A DNA stretch of 64,000 nt from positions 65,908,001 through 65,972,000 of the forward strand of contig NC_086097.1 of the NCBI RefSeq assembly GCF_963921235.1. The letters run 5' to 3'. Positions within the stretch are counted from its first letter, which is position 1, and the number at the start of each line of letters is the position of its first letter. The translations under genes and the position numbers were made by a program. The notes under the pieces were generated by a model. The model was given only the letters and a program-made list of their open reading frames with translations, searched no databases and was not told where the DNA came from. Positions 10,175-23,343 of the stretch are shown in pieces. Source of the DNA: Mobula hypostoma (lineage: Eukaryota).

Positions 10175-12964
10175 ATAAATGTATAAATGTACACTTAAGC
10201 AAATAACATATTTATAGCTTCTTAATGTATTTCATTCAGTGATCCATTCTGATTAAGTAAATTTAAATAATGTAATGGTGGTTAGAATTTTGTTGTAATT
10301 GCTGGTTTTCAAGAGTACTTAGTGATAATGTTTGTGAGAAAATAATTATAATTGCCTTGAAGAGTAGTCCTGCCAACATCTGTTTGATTTCATTCCTCAT
10401 GGTAAGCATTGTCCTACCTATAGTCTTAACATCAGCCACACCCTTAATGTTAATCCTTGATTAATGTGGCAAGAAAATCACAATATCACCTATTAAAATA
10501 TTACTAATTACAAGAATTATTGTCAGATCTCTGAATTTCTACCAAATGTTTTGAAAGAAAAGGAAAATTTGAACAGACAATATATGCAGGAAAAGAATTG
10601 AAACTGCAACATTATTACCAGTTACATTTTCAATCTATAGATCTTTGAGCACTGAGTGAGTAAAATTTATTAATTTAAAAATAATAATAATTGCTTGTTA
10701 AAACTTTATGCAAATCATAAAAGATTATATCTACTACAGTCCTCCAACAAAATGTTGGTATTAGATTGTGCTTTATACTATTCTTAACCAGTTAGCTTGC
10801 GACCTAATTGAAGATTAGTCAAATCTATGAATCCTTAGGTTTTTTGGGCAGTCTTTTCAAATAGTAGACAGGATTATGTTGGAATGGTCATTGTGCAAGT
10901 AGTATATGTATTTCTTAATTAGTTAAAAAATAATTTCCAAGCACTTTAAAAGAGACAAGGGAAGAATACATTGACACCAAAGTTGTTCTCAAATTTATTT
11001 TAGATTTATTTGAAAGTTACGTAAATGTGGACATGTTATTGGATTTATTTCTTGAAATAATCTATGTTTGCTCAAATTTAAGATCTGCTTTTGTTCTGAA
11101 TCTTTAAAGAATTGCTTTGCATAGATTCTAAATATATTTCCAGCTGAGTATGAATCCCTGGCATTGTGAATAATTTTCTGCAAGACTATGCCCTGCTGTC
11201 AAGATTTACCTTTTCTTTGGAGCACTAAATATATGCCCCATTTAGCAATAAAATAAAGTAATGCATAGTTTTCTTGCTTTGTTTCAGCAAAAGTGGCGGT
11301 TTGCGCCCAAAAGTTCCATTTAGCACTGGCAAAGGACAAAAAATGTATTGTGAGATTTGAGATATTGTTCGGTTTGCAGCTAATGCTGGAAAAATATCAG
11401 TTGCACAAGTGCTCAAAGCAATTTCCCAATAAGTCCATTTTTGATAACGCAGTCTTTGTTCAAATCCATTTTTATGCCCAATTTGCACATAGAGCATGAG
11501 CAGTTGCAGGCTTTATTGCAAGCTACTTAAATTAAGGACAACAGGATATACTTGTGGCTAACTTCCTCCATACCAGCAGCTCTCAAGACCTCTTATTAAT
11601 CCAAATAAAAAAGAAATTGAGTCCAAATAGAGAATTCTCACCCGAGTAGAAAAGTCCTTCCATTTGTAGCTTAATGCCGAATAAAACCACCCAATAGAAA
11701 TGAAAATCATTTAGATTATATAATAAATTATATAATAAATATAATAATTATATATATGATTTTGCATCCAAGTACTAAACTGGCAAACTAACCCCATGTC
11801 TGCCCTGACTGCTTATGATTAACCTTTTTCATATTGTGTGCCCAAATTGTAATAATTCTCTGAAAAAAAAGTTACGTTGTTTTCCATGGCAATTTTTTCT
11901 CTTTCTGTAAAGCCATCATAAAGGAAAGGAGCACACTCTAACCATGATTCTTTCACATTTTTCCTATCACTGTCATTTATTGCTTCATTTGGCAGTAAAC
12001 TTAAATATTACGTACCTTTTTTATTATGGGTGGGGTTTGAAAAATCAAGGGGTTGCTCTGCATACTGCATGCCCATAAAACTTTTGCACATGCCATCTTG
12101 GGCATGTATGCCATAGGATCACGACCTATGCCTTCTCTTTGTTGCAAGGTCAACTAAATCCTAGTTCTAGAAAATAAGATGGTTATTCAGTTGGAGGATC
12201 AAGAAATTCCCTTCAATTCTCAACATTCCTTCCAGTATCACATTCCTTTTGTTATTAAGGGGAATTGATACCACACGGGAAAAGAAAGAAGATAGTGAGT
12301 AATATACCAGCAATGCTATCAAAGCTATGGTTGAAAAAAAGGAGTAAGAGATCAGAATATCAAAAGTAGAACTGACTGAAACATCAAAAAATATCAGATA
12401 GGAAGTGAGTGTATTATCATGTCACCATTATGGTGTCAGATAAATCTTGTTCAATCTGAAAGCCTTTAAAACATTCGGTAGCTGCTTAGTTGATTTCAAC
12501 AAAAAGAATATTTGTGAGATTTCACAATCAGGAAGCAAAAAGGAAGATTAAGGGAGCTTCTGGGAAGGGCACCCAAAATATTTTTAGAGAGGAGCGATGA
12601 ATAACGCCATTTCAAATAATTGTAACGTAACGCTTTATGGCTTCTGATTTATTGTGCAGATAAGTAATGTGTTAAAATGTGTGTCCAGAATTAAGCTGTT
12701 TGCTAGAGTGCTTCATTTCATAAGTTGTTTTAATATAGGGGTTTAGCAGACCCATCTTTAATGCAATTTTTGATCTTCTGTTCATCTCAAAAATCACGTT
12801 TACTAGTAATTGACAAATACGTCTGCAAATGAACTGTAAATGCTTCAGATGTTTTACAATGTAAGAAACAAATGCACAGGAAATTTTATCATAGTTCTGA
12901 ATAAAACTATGGTAAATTATAATTACAGGATCAGAGGCTGCAAGTTATCTCAGTAACTCCTGAA

Positions 12965-13055
12965 TACAAGAGATTCTGCAGATGCTGGAAATGAAAGCAA
13001 CACCCCCAAATGTTAGAGAAACTTAGTAGATCAGGCAGAATCTATGGAAATAAGT
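12965..13055 (-). mobile_element. Degenerate Penelope-like pLTR end
   Basis: acaagagattctgcagatgctggaaat..gcaacac, homologous to 13307-13390. Confidence 0.6.
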
Positions 13056-13306
13056 GAGCTGAGACCATGGAATACAGAATTTCAGCATGGAATACAATAG
13101 ACTGTTAGAGTGGATTTCTTTTTGGGTAGATGATTTGTTAACACTTAAATGACTTTGGCCACCAGACTTCTATTTTAACTGTTTGACAAAGGACTGTGGA
13201 TTGAGTCCACCACAATGGGCTTCCTAAAAGGTGTAAATACCAGATGCTTCTGGTGCCTGATGCTGTAGTTTTGAAGACAGTCTTATCTATACATTATAAA
13301 TATTAA

Positions 13307-13970
13307 CAACAGGAATTCTGCAGCTGCTGGAATTCAAGCAACACACATAAAAGTTGCTGGTGAACGCAGCGGGCCAGCAGCATCTCTAGGAAGAGGTGCA
13401 GTCGACGTTTCAGGCCGAGACCCTTCGTCAGGACTAACTGAAGGAAGAGTGAGTAAGGGATTTGAAAATTGGAGGGGGAGGGGGAGATCCAAAATGATAG
13501 GAGAAGACAGGAGGAGGAGGGATGGAGCCAAAAGCTGGACAGGTGATAAGCAAAAGGGATACGAGAGGATCACAGAACAGGAGGTCCGGGAAGAAAGACG
13601 GGGGGGGGGAACCCAGAGGATGGGCAAGGGGTATATTCAGAGGGACAGAGGGAGAAAAAGGAGAGTGAGAGAAAGAATGTGTGTATAAAAATAAGTAACA
13701 GATGGGGTACGAGGGGGAGGTGGGGCATTAGCGGAAGTTAGAGAAGTCGATGTTCATGCCATCAGGTTGGAGGCTACCCAGACGGAATATAAGGTGTTGT
13801 TCCTCCAACCTGAGTGTGGCTTCATCTTTACAGTAGAGGAGGCCGTGGATAGACATGTCAGAATGGGAATGGAATGTGGAATTAAAATGTGTGGCCACTG
13901 GGAGATCCTGCTTTCTCTGGCGGACAGAGCGTAGGTGTTCAGCAAAGCGGTCTCCCAGTCTGCTCAATTA
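13307..13970 (-). mobile_element. Penelope-like element, 5'-truncated (GIY-YIG C-terminus plus pLTR)
   Basis: RLGDRFAEHLRSV..PVATHFNS..RLEEQHLIFRLGSLQPDGMNIDFSNF; 11-bp TSD ATAAATATTAA (13296-13306, 13971-13981). Confidence 0.9.
13399..13436 (-). ncRNA. Minimal type I hammerhead ribozyme motif in Penelope pLTR
   Basis: tagtc CTGACGA agg-gtctcgg-cct GAAA C GTC gactg: core, stem I, stem II and GUC site present; stem III essentially absent. Confidence 0.8.
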
Positions 13971-13991
13971 ATAAATATTAATTGTCTTCTA

Positions 13992-14329
13992 TGTTAGCAC
14001 GTAAAATGCCAAATAAATGTATTGTGGATTGAACTAAAGGCTGTGGATACCAACACAGACATGTTGGCGTCAGAAGGAAAGGATGAAATCTGAAGGTGTG
14101 ATGTTTGTATGTAACTTCAAAAGGAAGCATTACCTGTAACTTTTTAAGTAGCGATTGCGTTTGTGTTTAGCATATAAATATCGAGCCCACATTTTAGCTA
14201 GCAGACCTTTCTGCAGAAAGCGTCTCCTTCCATTTAGATGCCTGCTGTACCTTGTTGTGTCAAATAAAGAAGCTCCTTTGTATCTGCCAGTGACTCTGTC
14301 TCTCCGGTAATTTCATCCACGCTACTACA
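13992..14329 (+). mobile_element. Solo LTR related to the provirus LTRs at 51777 and 56723
   Basis: TGTTAG...ACTACA termini; aligns by eye to the reverse complement of 51777-52218 (aataaagaagct.ctttgtatct.ccagt.actct); no TSD found. Confidence 0.75.
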
Positions 14330-15125
14330 TAGACGACCCCAACAGATTCCAGGGAAGGACTGTTTGGGGACCTGAATGGAGGTAAAAGAGGAAGTGAATG
14401 GGCATGTGTAGCATTTTTGTTGCTTGCATGGATATGTGCTGGTAGTGAGAATGGACAAGGGAATCATAGAGGGAGCAATTCCTGTGGAAAGTGGAGAGCG
14501 GCAGGGAGGTAAAGATGTGTTCAGTGGTAGAACCCAGTTGAAGATGGTGGAATTTGCAGAGGCTCGTGGGGTGGTAGGTGAGGATAAGAGGAACTCTATC
14601 TCTGTTAAGGTGGTGGGAAGATAGAGTGAGCGTGGATGTCTGGGAAATTGAGGAAATACAGGCAAGTGGAGCATCATTGGTGGAGGAAGGGAAACCCGAT
14701 TCTTTGAAGAAGAAGGACATCTCTAATGTCCTGGAAAGAAAAGCCTCATCCTAGGAACAGATATGGCAGAGACGAAGGAACTGAGAAAAGGAAATAGCAT
14801 TTTTACAGGAGACAGGGAGGGAAGAGGTATTATCAAGATGGTTGTGGGAATCTTTAGGTTTATAAAAGATGTCTGTAGACAGTTCGTCTCTAGAGATGGA
14901 GACTGAGAGATCAAGAAAGGGGAGAGAGAGGTCGAAAATGGACCAAGTGAATTTAAGGGCAGGGTGGATATTGGAGGCAAAGTTGAGGAAATTGATGAGC
15001 TCAGTCTGTGTGCGTGAAGCAGCATGAATGCAGTCATCAGTGTCGTGCAGGAAAAGTTGGGGAGGATTACTAGAGAAGGCTTGCAACATGGACTATTCCA
15101 CGTAGCCAACGAAAAGGCAGGCATT
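14330..15125 (-). mobile_element. Penelope-like RT fragment, degraded
   Basis: FLHDTDDCI..FINFASN.HPALKFTW..LPFLDLSV..STDIFYKP.DSH..ISFSQFLRL; CYTCP downstream. Confidence 0.85.
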
Positions 15126-15261
15126 GTAAATCCTACGTACTTTACCATTTTGTGTTCTGTTTAAGGTTCTTTGTGCAAGAATCCAAGACCTCAACATTTA
15201 AGACGAACGCTGCAAATTTTCTGTAGGAGTACAGTGCATTTCTATCTTAAGCAATTTTTTT

Positions 15262-16450
15262 GCTAAATTGGTAAATGGCTTTATTATTATCAGATGTACC
15301 AATATACAGTGAGAAATTTGTCTTAATACTGTTTGTACAGATCAATTCATTGCAGTAGTACATTGAGGTAGTAGATACTAAAGCAATAACAATGCAGAAT
15401 AAAGTGTCACAATACAGAGAAAGTGCAGCGCAGGTAGTAAGGTGCATGGTAGGTTGTGAAGTCAAGATTCCGCCTTATTGTACCAGGGAACCATTCAATA
15501 GGGTTATAACAATGAGATAGCAGCTGTCTTTGAGCTTGTGGTGGTGCATACCTTCAGTCTATTGTAACTGCTGCCCCATAGAAGGGGAGAGAGGAGAGAA
15601 GGTCCAGGCTGCTTTACCAAGACAGCAAGAAGTGCAGACAGAGGATAGTTTCCATGTTGTGCTGAGCTGTGTCTACAATTCTCTGCAATCTCTTGCAGTC
15701 CTGGGCAGAGCACTTGCCATACCAAGCCACAATACATCTAGATAGGTGCTTTCTACATTGTGTCAATAAAAATAGGTGAGAGTCAAAGGAAATATGTCAA
15801 ATTTCTTTCACCTCCTGAGGAAGTAGAGGTGCCGGTGAGCTTTCTAGTCCATGGCATCAATGTAGACCGGGACAGGATTGCTGTTGTTCACTCCTAGGAA
15901 CTTGATACTCTCAACCCGCTCAACAGGAGCTTGACAACATCCCTCTTCCTGAAGTCTGTGACCAGCTCTTTTGCAGTCACTGAAGATGTCGTCATTATTT
16001 GCGATATGACCCATTAAGGTAGTATCAACTGCAAACTTGTAGATGGAATTAGAGCAGAATATAGGCCACGAGTCATGAGTGTACAGGGAGAGTAGAGTAG
16101 GGGCTGATGATACAGCCTTGTGGGGTGCCAGTGTTGACAGTATTCAGACGGATATGTTGCTGCCTAGTCTTACTGATTGCACTCTGTTGGTTGGGAAGTC
16201 AAGGATCCAGTTGCAAAGGAAAGTGTTGAGTCCCCATTTTTGAAGTTTGAAGATGAGTCTTCTTGGAATTACAGTATTGAAGGCAGAGATGTAGTCAAGT
16301 TCAACTTAAAAGTCAAGTTTAAGTTTATTGGCATTCAACCGTATACAAGTATGCCTTCCAAGTAAAAGAACGTTCCTCCGGACCAAGGTGCACAACACAG
16401 TACATATAACTTACACACAACACAAAAAATAACTTTACCATAAATAAATT
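15262..16450 (-). mobile_element. Degraded Rex1/Babar-type LINE fragments (two 3' tails, near 15265 and 16300)
   Basis: Remnants TGTPQGC..SP.LYSLYTHD..YKFA.DTT; short-repeat tails following AATAAA on the minus strand. Confidence 0.6.
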
Positions 16451-16454
16451 AACC

Positions 16455-18045
16455 CATTCCTTTTTGGCTGATTTATTATTCCTCTCAATCCAATTCTCCC
16501 ACCTTCTCCCCTTAATCTTTGATGCCTTGACTAATCAAGTCCACTTTAAGTACACTCGATGACTTTGTCTCCACAGCCATCAGGGGCAATGACTTTCACA
16601 GATTAACCACCCTCCAGCTAAAGAAATTTCTTCTCATTTCTGTTCTAAATGGACGTCCCACTACTCTGAGGCTGTGCACTCTGGTCATTGACTCACCCAC
16701 TATAGGAAACATAAACTCCACATCCACTGCATCCAGACTTTCAATGTTCGATAGGTTTCACTGAATTCTCCCTCATTCTTCTAAACTCCAGCAAGTATAG
16801 GCCCAGAGCCAATAAATGCTCTTCATACCTTAACCCTTTCATTCCTGGAATAATTCCCATAAGCCTCCTCTGGACCCTCCACAATGCCAGTCTCATCTTT
16901 TCTGAGATAAAGGGCCAAAAACTGCTCACATTTCTCCAAGTGCAGGCTGATCAATGCCTTATAAAACCTCAGCATTACATCCTTGCTTTTATATTCTAGT
17001 CTTCTCAAAATGAATGCTAATATTGCATTTGCCTTCCTTACCACTAACTCAATCTGCAAGTTAACCTTTAGGGAATCCTGCACAAGGACTCCCAACTCCC
17101 TTTGCACCTCTGGCTTATGAATTTTCTCCCCATTTAGAAAATAGTCTATGCCTTTATTTCTTCCACCAAATTGTATGCAGACTCCCTGTTTCCTCAACAC
17201 TCCTGCTTCTGCACTTATTTTCATATCAATCTCAACCTTGGCCACAAAGGCACCAAATCTGTCATTCAAATCATTGACATGTAACGTGAAAAGAAGCGGT
17301 CCCAACACCAACCCCTGTGAAACACTTCTAGTCACAAGCAGTCAGCCAAAAAAAGACCCCCTTTATTCACACTGTTTGCCTGTTTCCAGTCAGCCAATTT
17401 TCTATCCGTACTAATATCTTTCTTATAATACCATGGGCTCTTGTTAAGCAACCTCATATGTGGCACAATGTCAAATGCCTTCTGAAAATCCAAGTAAATG
17501 ACATCCACTGACTCTCCTTTGACTATCTTACCTGTTATTTCCTCAAAGAATTTCAACAGGTTTGTCAGGCAAGACTTCCCCTGAAGGAAACCATGCTGAC
17601 TTTGACTTATTTTGATAATGGACTCCAACATCTTCCCAACCACTGAAGTTAGGCTAACTGGCCTATAATTTCCTTTCTCCCTCCCTTCTTAAAGAGTGGA
17701 GGGAGATATGCAATTTTCCAGTTTGCTGGAACCATTCCAGGATTTTGTGATTCTAGAAAGATCACTACTAATGTCTCCACAATCTCTTTAGCTACTTATT
17801 TTAGGACCCTGGGATGTAGTCCATCTGGTCTATGTGAGTGCTTCCCAAGCACCTTCTCCTTAGTAATAGGAACAACATTCACTTCTGTCCCCAGATACTC
17901 TTGAATTTCTAACATTCTGCTGGTGTCTTCCACAGTGAGGATTGTTGCAAAAGTTCGTCCGCCATTTCTTTGTTCTCCATTATTAACTCAGCAGCATCAT
18001 TTTTCAGTGATCCAATATCCATTCTTGCCTCTCATTTACTCTTAA
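16455..18045 (-). mobile_element. CR1 LINE RT fragment
   Basis: SQHGFLQGKSCLTNL, YLDFQKAFDIVPH, QGLVLGPLLF, LGVLVQDSLK. Confidence 0.85.
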
Positions 18046-18301
18046 GGCACATTATCTTGTTTCTCTTAGGTAGTAGGATGATAGTGGTCTCCTTAAAGTA
18101 GCTGGAGCCTCACATTGAAGCAGGGAGGCATTTAAAATATCTCCAAATACACCTGCCAGCTGATCCACACAGGATCTAGGGACATGGCTAGGGATATCAT
18201 TGAGGCCAATTGCTTTCCATGGATTTACTATGACAAATTACGTCACCAAGTATTTCAGTTTATTTACCATCGCACAGCAATAACTGTATTGCTGTACTGA
18301 A

Positions 18302-18558
18302 TCATAAACACAAAATATTCTGCAGATGCTGGGGTCAAAGCAACATGCACAACACGCTGGAGGAACTCAGCAGGTCGGGCAGCATCCATGGAAACGAACA
18401 GTCAACATTTCGGGCTGAGACTCTTCATCAGGACTGAAGAGGGAGGGGGCAGGGGCTTCATCAGTCCTGACGAAGGGTCTCGACCCAAAACGCTGACTGT
18501 TCGTTTCCACGGATGCTGCCCGATCTGCTGAGTTCATCCAGCATGTTGTGCGTGTTGC
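18302..18558. mobile_element. Inverted pair of Penelope pLTR fragments (fold-back mini-element)
   Basis: Arms 18340-18437 and 18461-18558 are reverse complements; each has a decayed hammerhead motif; flanking direct repeat TTGCTGTACTGAA (18289-18301, 18555-18567). Confidence 0.85.
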
Positions 18559-18567
18559 TGTACTGAA

Positions 18568-18790
18568 GACTGGCTGACTGGCAGGAGGCAAAGACTGGGA
18601 ATAAAGGGGGCCTTTTCTGGTTGGCTACCAGCAACAGGGGTCAATGTTGGAACCACTTCTTTTCACATTATATGTGATTGATTTGGATAATGGAATTGAT
18701 GGCTTTGTGACCAAGTCTTGCAGATGATAAAGATAGCTGGAGGGACTGGTAGTGTTGAGGAAGCAGGGAGTAAGCAGAAAGATTTAGTGG
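18568..18790 (+). mobile_element. CR1 RT fragment
   Basis: WLTGRRQR.GIKGAFSGW..QGSMLEPLLF-like remnant. Confidence 0.7.
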
Positions 18791-19034
18791 CTGCAGTAGA
18801 ACCCATTATCTCTGTTTTTGTAAACTACATGAGGAGACAGAAAACTTCTTCTGTTGAAGAGTTCATCAGAGCAAAATTAAGGAAACTTTCAGAATGTGCC
18901 AGAGATCTTGAATAAGAATTTTGCTTCTGCCTTTACTCCAGTAAACAGTTATTGATAATTTCCACCCTCCAAAAACTGGGGTGATCATTAAATGCAGTGT
19001 TTGGTTGCACTTAAAGCTCGTCACAGTGGATGAG

Positions 19035-19440
19035 CACAGAACAAGAGCAGATGTAGGCCATTTAGCTCTTCGAGTCTGCTCTGCCATTCAGTGGGGTTAT
19101 GTCAGTATTCTTGATCACTTCCCACTCCTCTGATGTTTTTATTATGTCCAGAAATCTCTCACCTTAAATACACTTGGTAGCTTATCATCTTTCACCTTTT
19201 GTGGTCGAGAATTCCACAGGTTTACCATCTTCAATGAATAAATTTCTCACCTCAGTCTTACACTGTATTCTGAAACTATGACCCTTCATTCAAGACACCC
19301 CAGCCAGAGGAAACATCTTTCCACATCAAGTAGGCCTGGCCCTGTTCAGAACTTGTACATTTCAGTAAGATCCCCTCCTATTCTTTCAACCTCTGAAGGA
19401 ATATGGGCCTGGTCAGCCAATCACTCCTCTTACTGAGGCC
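19035..19440 (-). mobile_element. Old CR1 3' fragment
   Basis: agaacaagagcagatgtaggccatttagc 3'-end pattern; degenerate C-terminal RT remnants. Confidence 0.5.
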
Positions 19441-20569
19441 CTGCTATTCTAGGAATCTGTCTGCTCCTGTACTTAAAATGTTTTGTAATGAAAACCCACA
19501 TAACATTTGCCTTCTTCTGATTATCACACTTGTATATTTGCTTTCAGTAACTGCTGCACAAGGACACCCATGTGACCTTCGATTCAAATCCATTGGTTGT
19601 CTCTTAACTATTCTACATGTTATATCATAAAAAAAACTCCAGTACCTTTCCAAACATAACTTCCCTTTTATATGTTTATGTTGACTTTGTCAAGTCTTTC
19701 TGATATCTTCTAAGTGCACTGTTATCACATAGTACTTTAATAATAGACTGAAGCAATTTTTATATTACTGACACGAGGCTAAACAATCTGTAGTTCCTTT
19801 TCTTTCTCTTCCTCATTTTGTCCTTATGGCTGCCATTAAAATAAAGGGTTTCATTCAAATTCAGCTATCGTTCTGACAGCATTTGCCCTGAATAGTCAAA
19901 GGAACAGGTGATCTTTTTTCAGGAAACCTCCTATACAGGTATTTACAAATATCCTGGAATCTTTTTTAAATAGACTAGAGATTGCTGAGAAGCCAGTGTT
20001 TAAAAAGGACCACAGGCAGAGCCTGGTAATTATAGGTCCATCATTTTAACCTTAGTTGTAAAGGGATCATTGTTGCAGTCCTACAACTAACCAAATACTC
20101 ATTATGACCACACGCACCCTTACCCTCCCCTCAAGTTCGTCAGTCCATCCATACAAGGTGACATTGTAGTGTCCTGTGATATAAACTTACCTGTGCTTAA
20201 AGTAGAATATTCCATTCTGTATAGAACTGTGGTCAGTGCACTTGAAATGCTACCATTACATAGTACATTCTTGGAGTTCCTCACTGATCATCGTTTTATT
20301 GACGACCGTGAAAATGCAGCGTTTACGTCCAAGTACGCAAAGGCAAAGTAGGACTGCTTGCTTCTGTGCATTCTCCACTGTAAACTCTGACATCACTACC
20401 TGCTTTGGCTCCCTTGTGAAATGTGAAAACCCAGTTGGAATGCAAATATCTACCAGTAAGAACAAACATTGTAATGTTGCAGCTATAGAGGGAATTATTT
20501 TTTTCTGGGGATGTATACTTCATGAAATTATGTAATCCTGTTGTGTGTAACAAGGCTTTCCTTTGGACA

Positions 20570-22290
20570 AGACATAGAATTGGGCCATTTGCCCATCAAG
20601 TTTCCTCTACCATTTCATCATGACTGATTCTTTTACCTCTCAGCCCCTATCTCCTGCCTTCTCTCTGTATCCCTTCAAGGATCTATCAACCTCTTCCTTA
20701 AAGATCCCAGTGACATGGCCTCCACAGCCGCCGATGGCAATGAATTCCACAGATTTACCACTGGATAAAGAAATTGCTCCTCATCTTCCTTTTATTCTGA
20801 GGCAATGTGGTTTGGCCTTAGACACCCTCACCATAGAGAACATCCTCTCCACATCCACTCTATCTAAAGGCCTTTCAACATTCGATAGTTTCAACTAGAT
20901 CCCTCCCTCATTCTTCTGAATTCCAGTGAGTACAGCTCAAGAGCCTTCAACGCTCCTCTTATGATAAGCCCTTCAATCTAGGAATCATTTTCATGGACCT
21001 CCTTTGAACCCTCTCCAATGTCAGCACATCCTTTCTTTGATAAGGAGCTCAAAACCGCTCACAGTATTCCAAGTGAGGCCTGACCAGCACCTTATAAAGC
21101 CTTAATGTTACATGGTTGCTTTTATATTCTAATCCTCTCAAAATGAATGCTAACATTGCATTTACCTTCCTCACCACTGACTCAACCTGCAAATTAACCT
21201 TTAGGGAATCCTGCATGAGAACTTCTAAGTCCCCCTGCATCTCAGATTTTTGAATTTTCTTTCCTTTTAGAAAATAGTCTACACTTTTATTTCTTCTATT
21301 AAAGTGCATGACCGTACACTTCCCAACACCGTATTCCATCTGCCAATTCTTTGCCCATACTCCTAAACTGTCTAAGTCCTTCTGAAGCATCTCTGCTTCC
21401 TCAACACTACCTACTGCTTCACCTCTCTTCTTACAATCCACGTTCTTGGCCACATAGCCATGAATTCCTTCATCGAAATCATTGACGTATAATGTAAAAG
21501 ATATGGTCCCTGTGGAACACAAGGACTCCCTGGCACTACCACTGTCTCTACCCAACCAGAAAAGGCTCCCTTTATTCCCACTCTTTTCCTCCTGCCAATC
21601 TATCCATGCTAGTATCTTTCCTGTAACACCATGGGCTCTTAAGTTGTTAGTCGTTTTATTATTGGCACCTTGTCAAAGGCCTTCTGAAAATCCAAGTACA
21701 CAACATCCACTGATTCTTCTTTTTATTTTGCTTGTTATTTCTTCAAAGAATTCCAACAGATTTGTCAAGCAAGATTTTCCCTTGAGGAAACCATGCTGAC
21801 TTTGGTCCATTTTGCTATGTGCCTCCACAGGCGACTCCAACATCTTCCTATCCTCTAATTTCCCACTAATTTTTACTCTATTTTATGCCCTCTCTTTGGC
21901 TTTTATGTTGGCTTTGACTTCTCTTGTCAGCTGAGTTTGCATCATCTTGCCTTTAGAATAATACTTTTTCTTTGGGATGTATGTATCCTGTACCTTCCAA
22001 ATTGCTTCCAGAAACTCCAGCCGTCATTGCTCCACCATCATCCCTGCAAGTGTCCCTAAACAAACAATTTTGGCCATTTCCTCTCTCATGCCTCGAATTC
22101 CCTTTACTCTGCTGTAATACTGATAGCTTCTGACTTTAACTTCTCCTTCTCAAATTGCAGGGTCAATTTTATCATATTATGATCACTGCCTCCTAAGGGT
22201 TCCTTTACCTTAAGCCCTCTAATCAATTCCGGTTCATTGTACAATACCCAATCCAGAATCCCCTAGTGGGCAAACACAACTGCTCTCGTT
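20570..22290 (-). mobile_element. CR1 LINE fragments
   Basis: WAKNWQMEY, LVRPHLEYCERF, QHGFLKGKSCLTNLLEFFE remnants. Confidence 0.85.
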
Positions 22291-23343
22291 AGAACAGGGT
22301 GTTGCAACTTCATTATAAAGATGATATTTTCTGCTAAAGTTAAAACTGAAGTTTTATGACATATATGGATATCAACAGCTAGCTGCATGGACCCGATATC
22401 TGATGGCTGGGCACAATGAAGTTTTGCTGATCTCCATTCCTTCCTCTGCAGTCGTTAGCAGTATGATTTGTGGACAACCAGCTCAGATATCTTTCTCTCA
22501 TATGTTAAACCAAAGAGCTGAAATATGAGTGTGTTATGGACATGATAAATTGAATGTAGTTGATGCAAATGACTTGTCAAGGAAAACTAGGAAGATGGAA
22601 AAGATTAGCGATGAGTGAAAATGGCGTGTGTATAGCTAGCAATATGTAGAAGTGCGCAGAATGAAATTAATATGTATGCATAAGAGTTGGTGTTGTAGCA
22701 AAGTGATGGAGTAGGCTCAACAAGTGAGGTTAGGGTAACACACATTGTCTCATTTAGGTGAATGTGCATTTTGTCCAAATCTGAGCAAAGCATAATGTTC
22801 CTACACTTGGCCTCATGGAGATATCTCCAGCTACAATACTTTCTGTGCTAGCAACAGGTTCTTTCCTCCAAATGTTGCCCTGGTACCAGTTCAGCAGTCC
22901 AAGGGAGATACCAATGAAACATACACAGATTTTGGCTGCATTGTCTCCACTTTCATATTCATCCTCTCTTGATATCCCAAATATTAACTCTTAAGAGTTC
23001 TCAATTTGAAGTACTTTTACTTCTGTTTCTAACATCTGCAGAGTTTTTTTTGTTTCAATTTAACAAGAAATTGTACTAAGCTCATAGGATTTTAAAATTA
23101 AGGAAGTCTTACCAATGGGGCAATGCCTACAATAAACCAGGATTCACTTGATATATCAGCATTACGTTGATTCTCATTAACAACTTTCATAAATATTTTT
23201 TAATATACCTGTCGCTGTACAAATGGACACATTTATTTTTATTTATTTTAATAATCACCCAGATGGTTGGATGCAAATGTAAATTCACTTGACATTGAAG
23301 TGAGCTTAGACTAGATGGATCTAACTAGTTATAAACAGAATCT

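Noticed and set aside
9589..10194. Several overlapping 66-92 aa ORFs
   Set aside because: No recognisable motifs; explained by the high GC content of the non-coding retroposon
12050..12135. hAT-like MITE terminus
   Set aside because: Too degenerate; no matching second end or 8-bp TSD found
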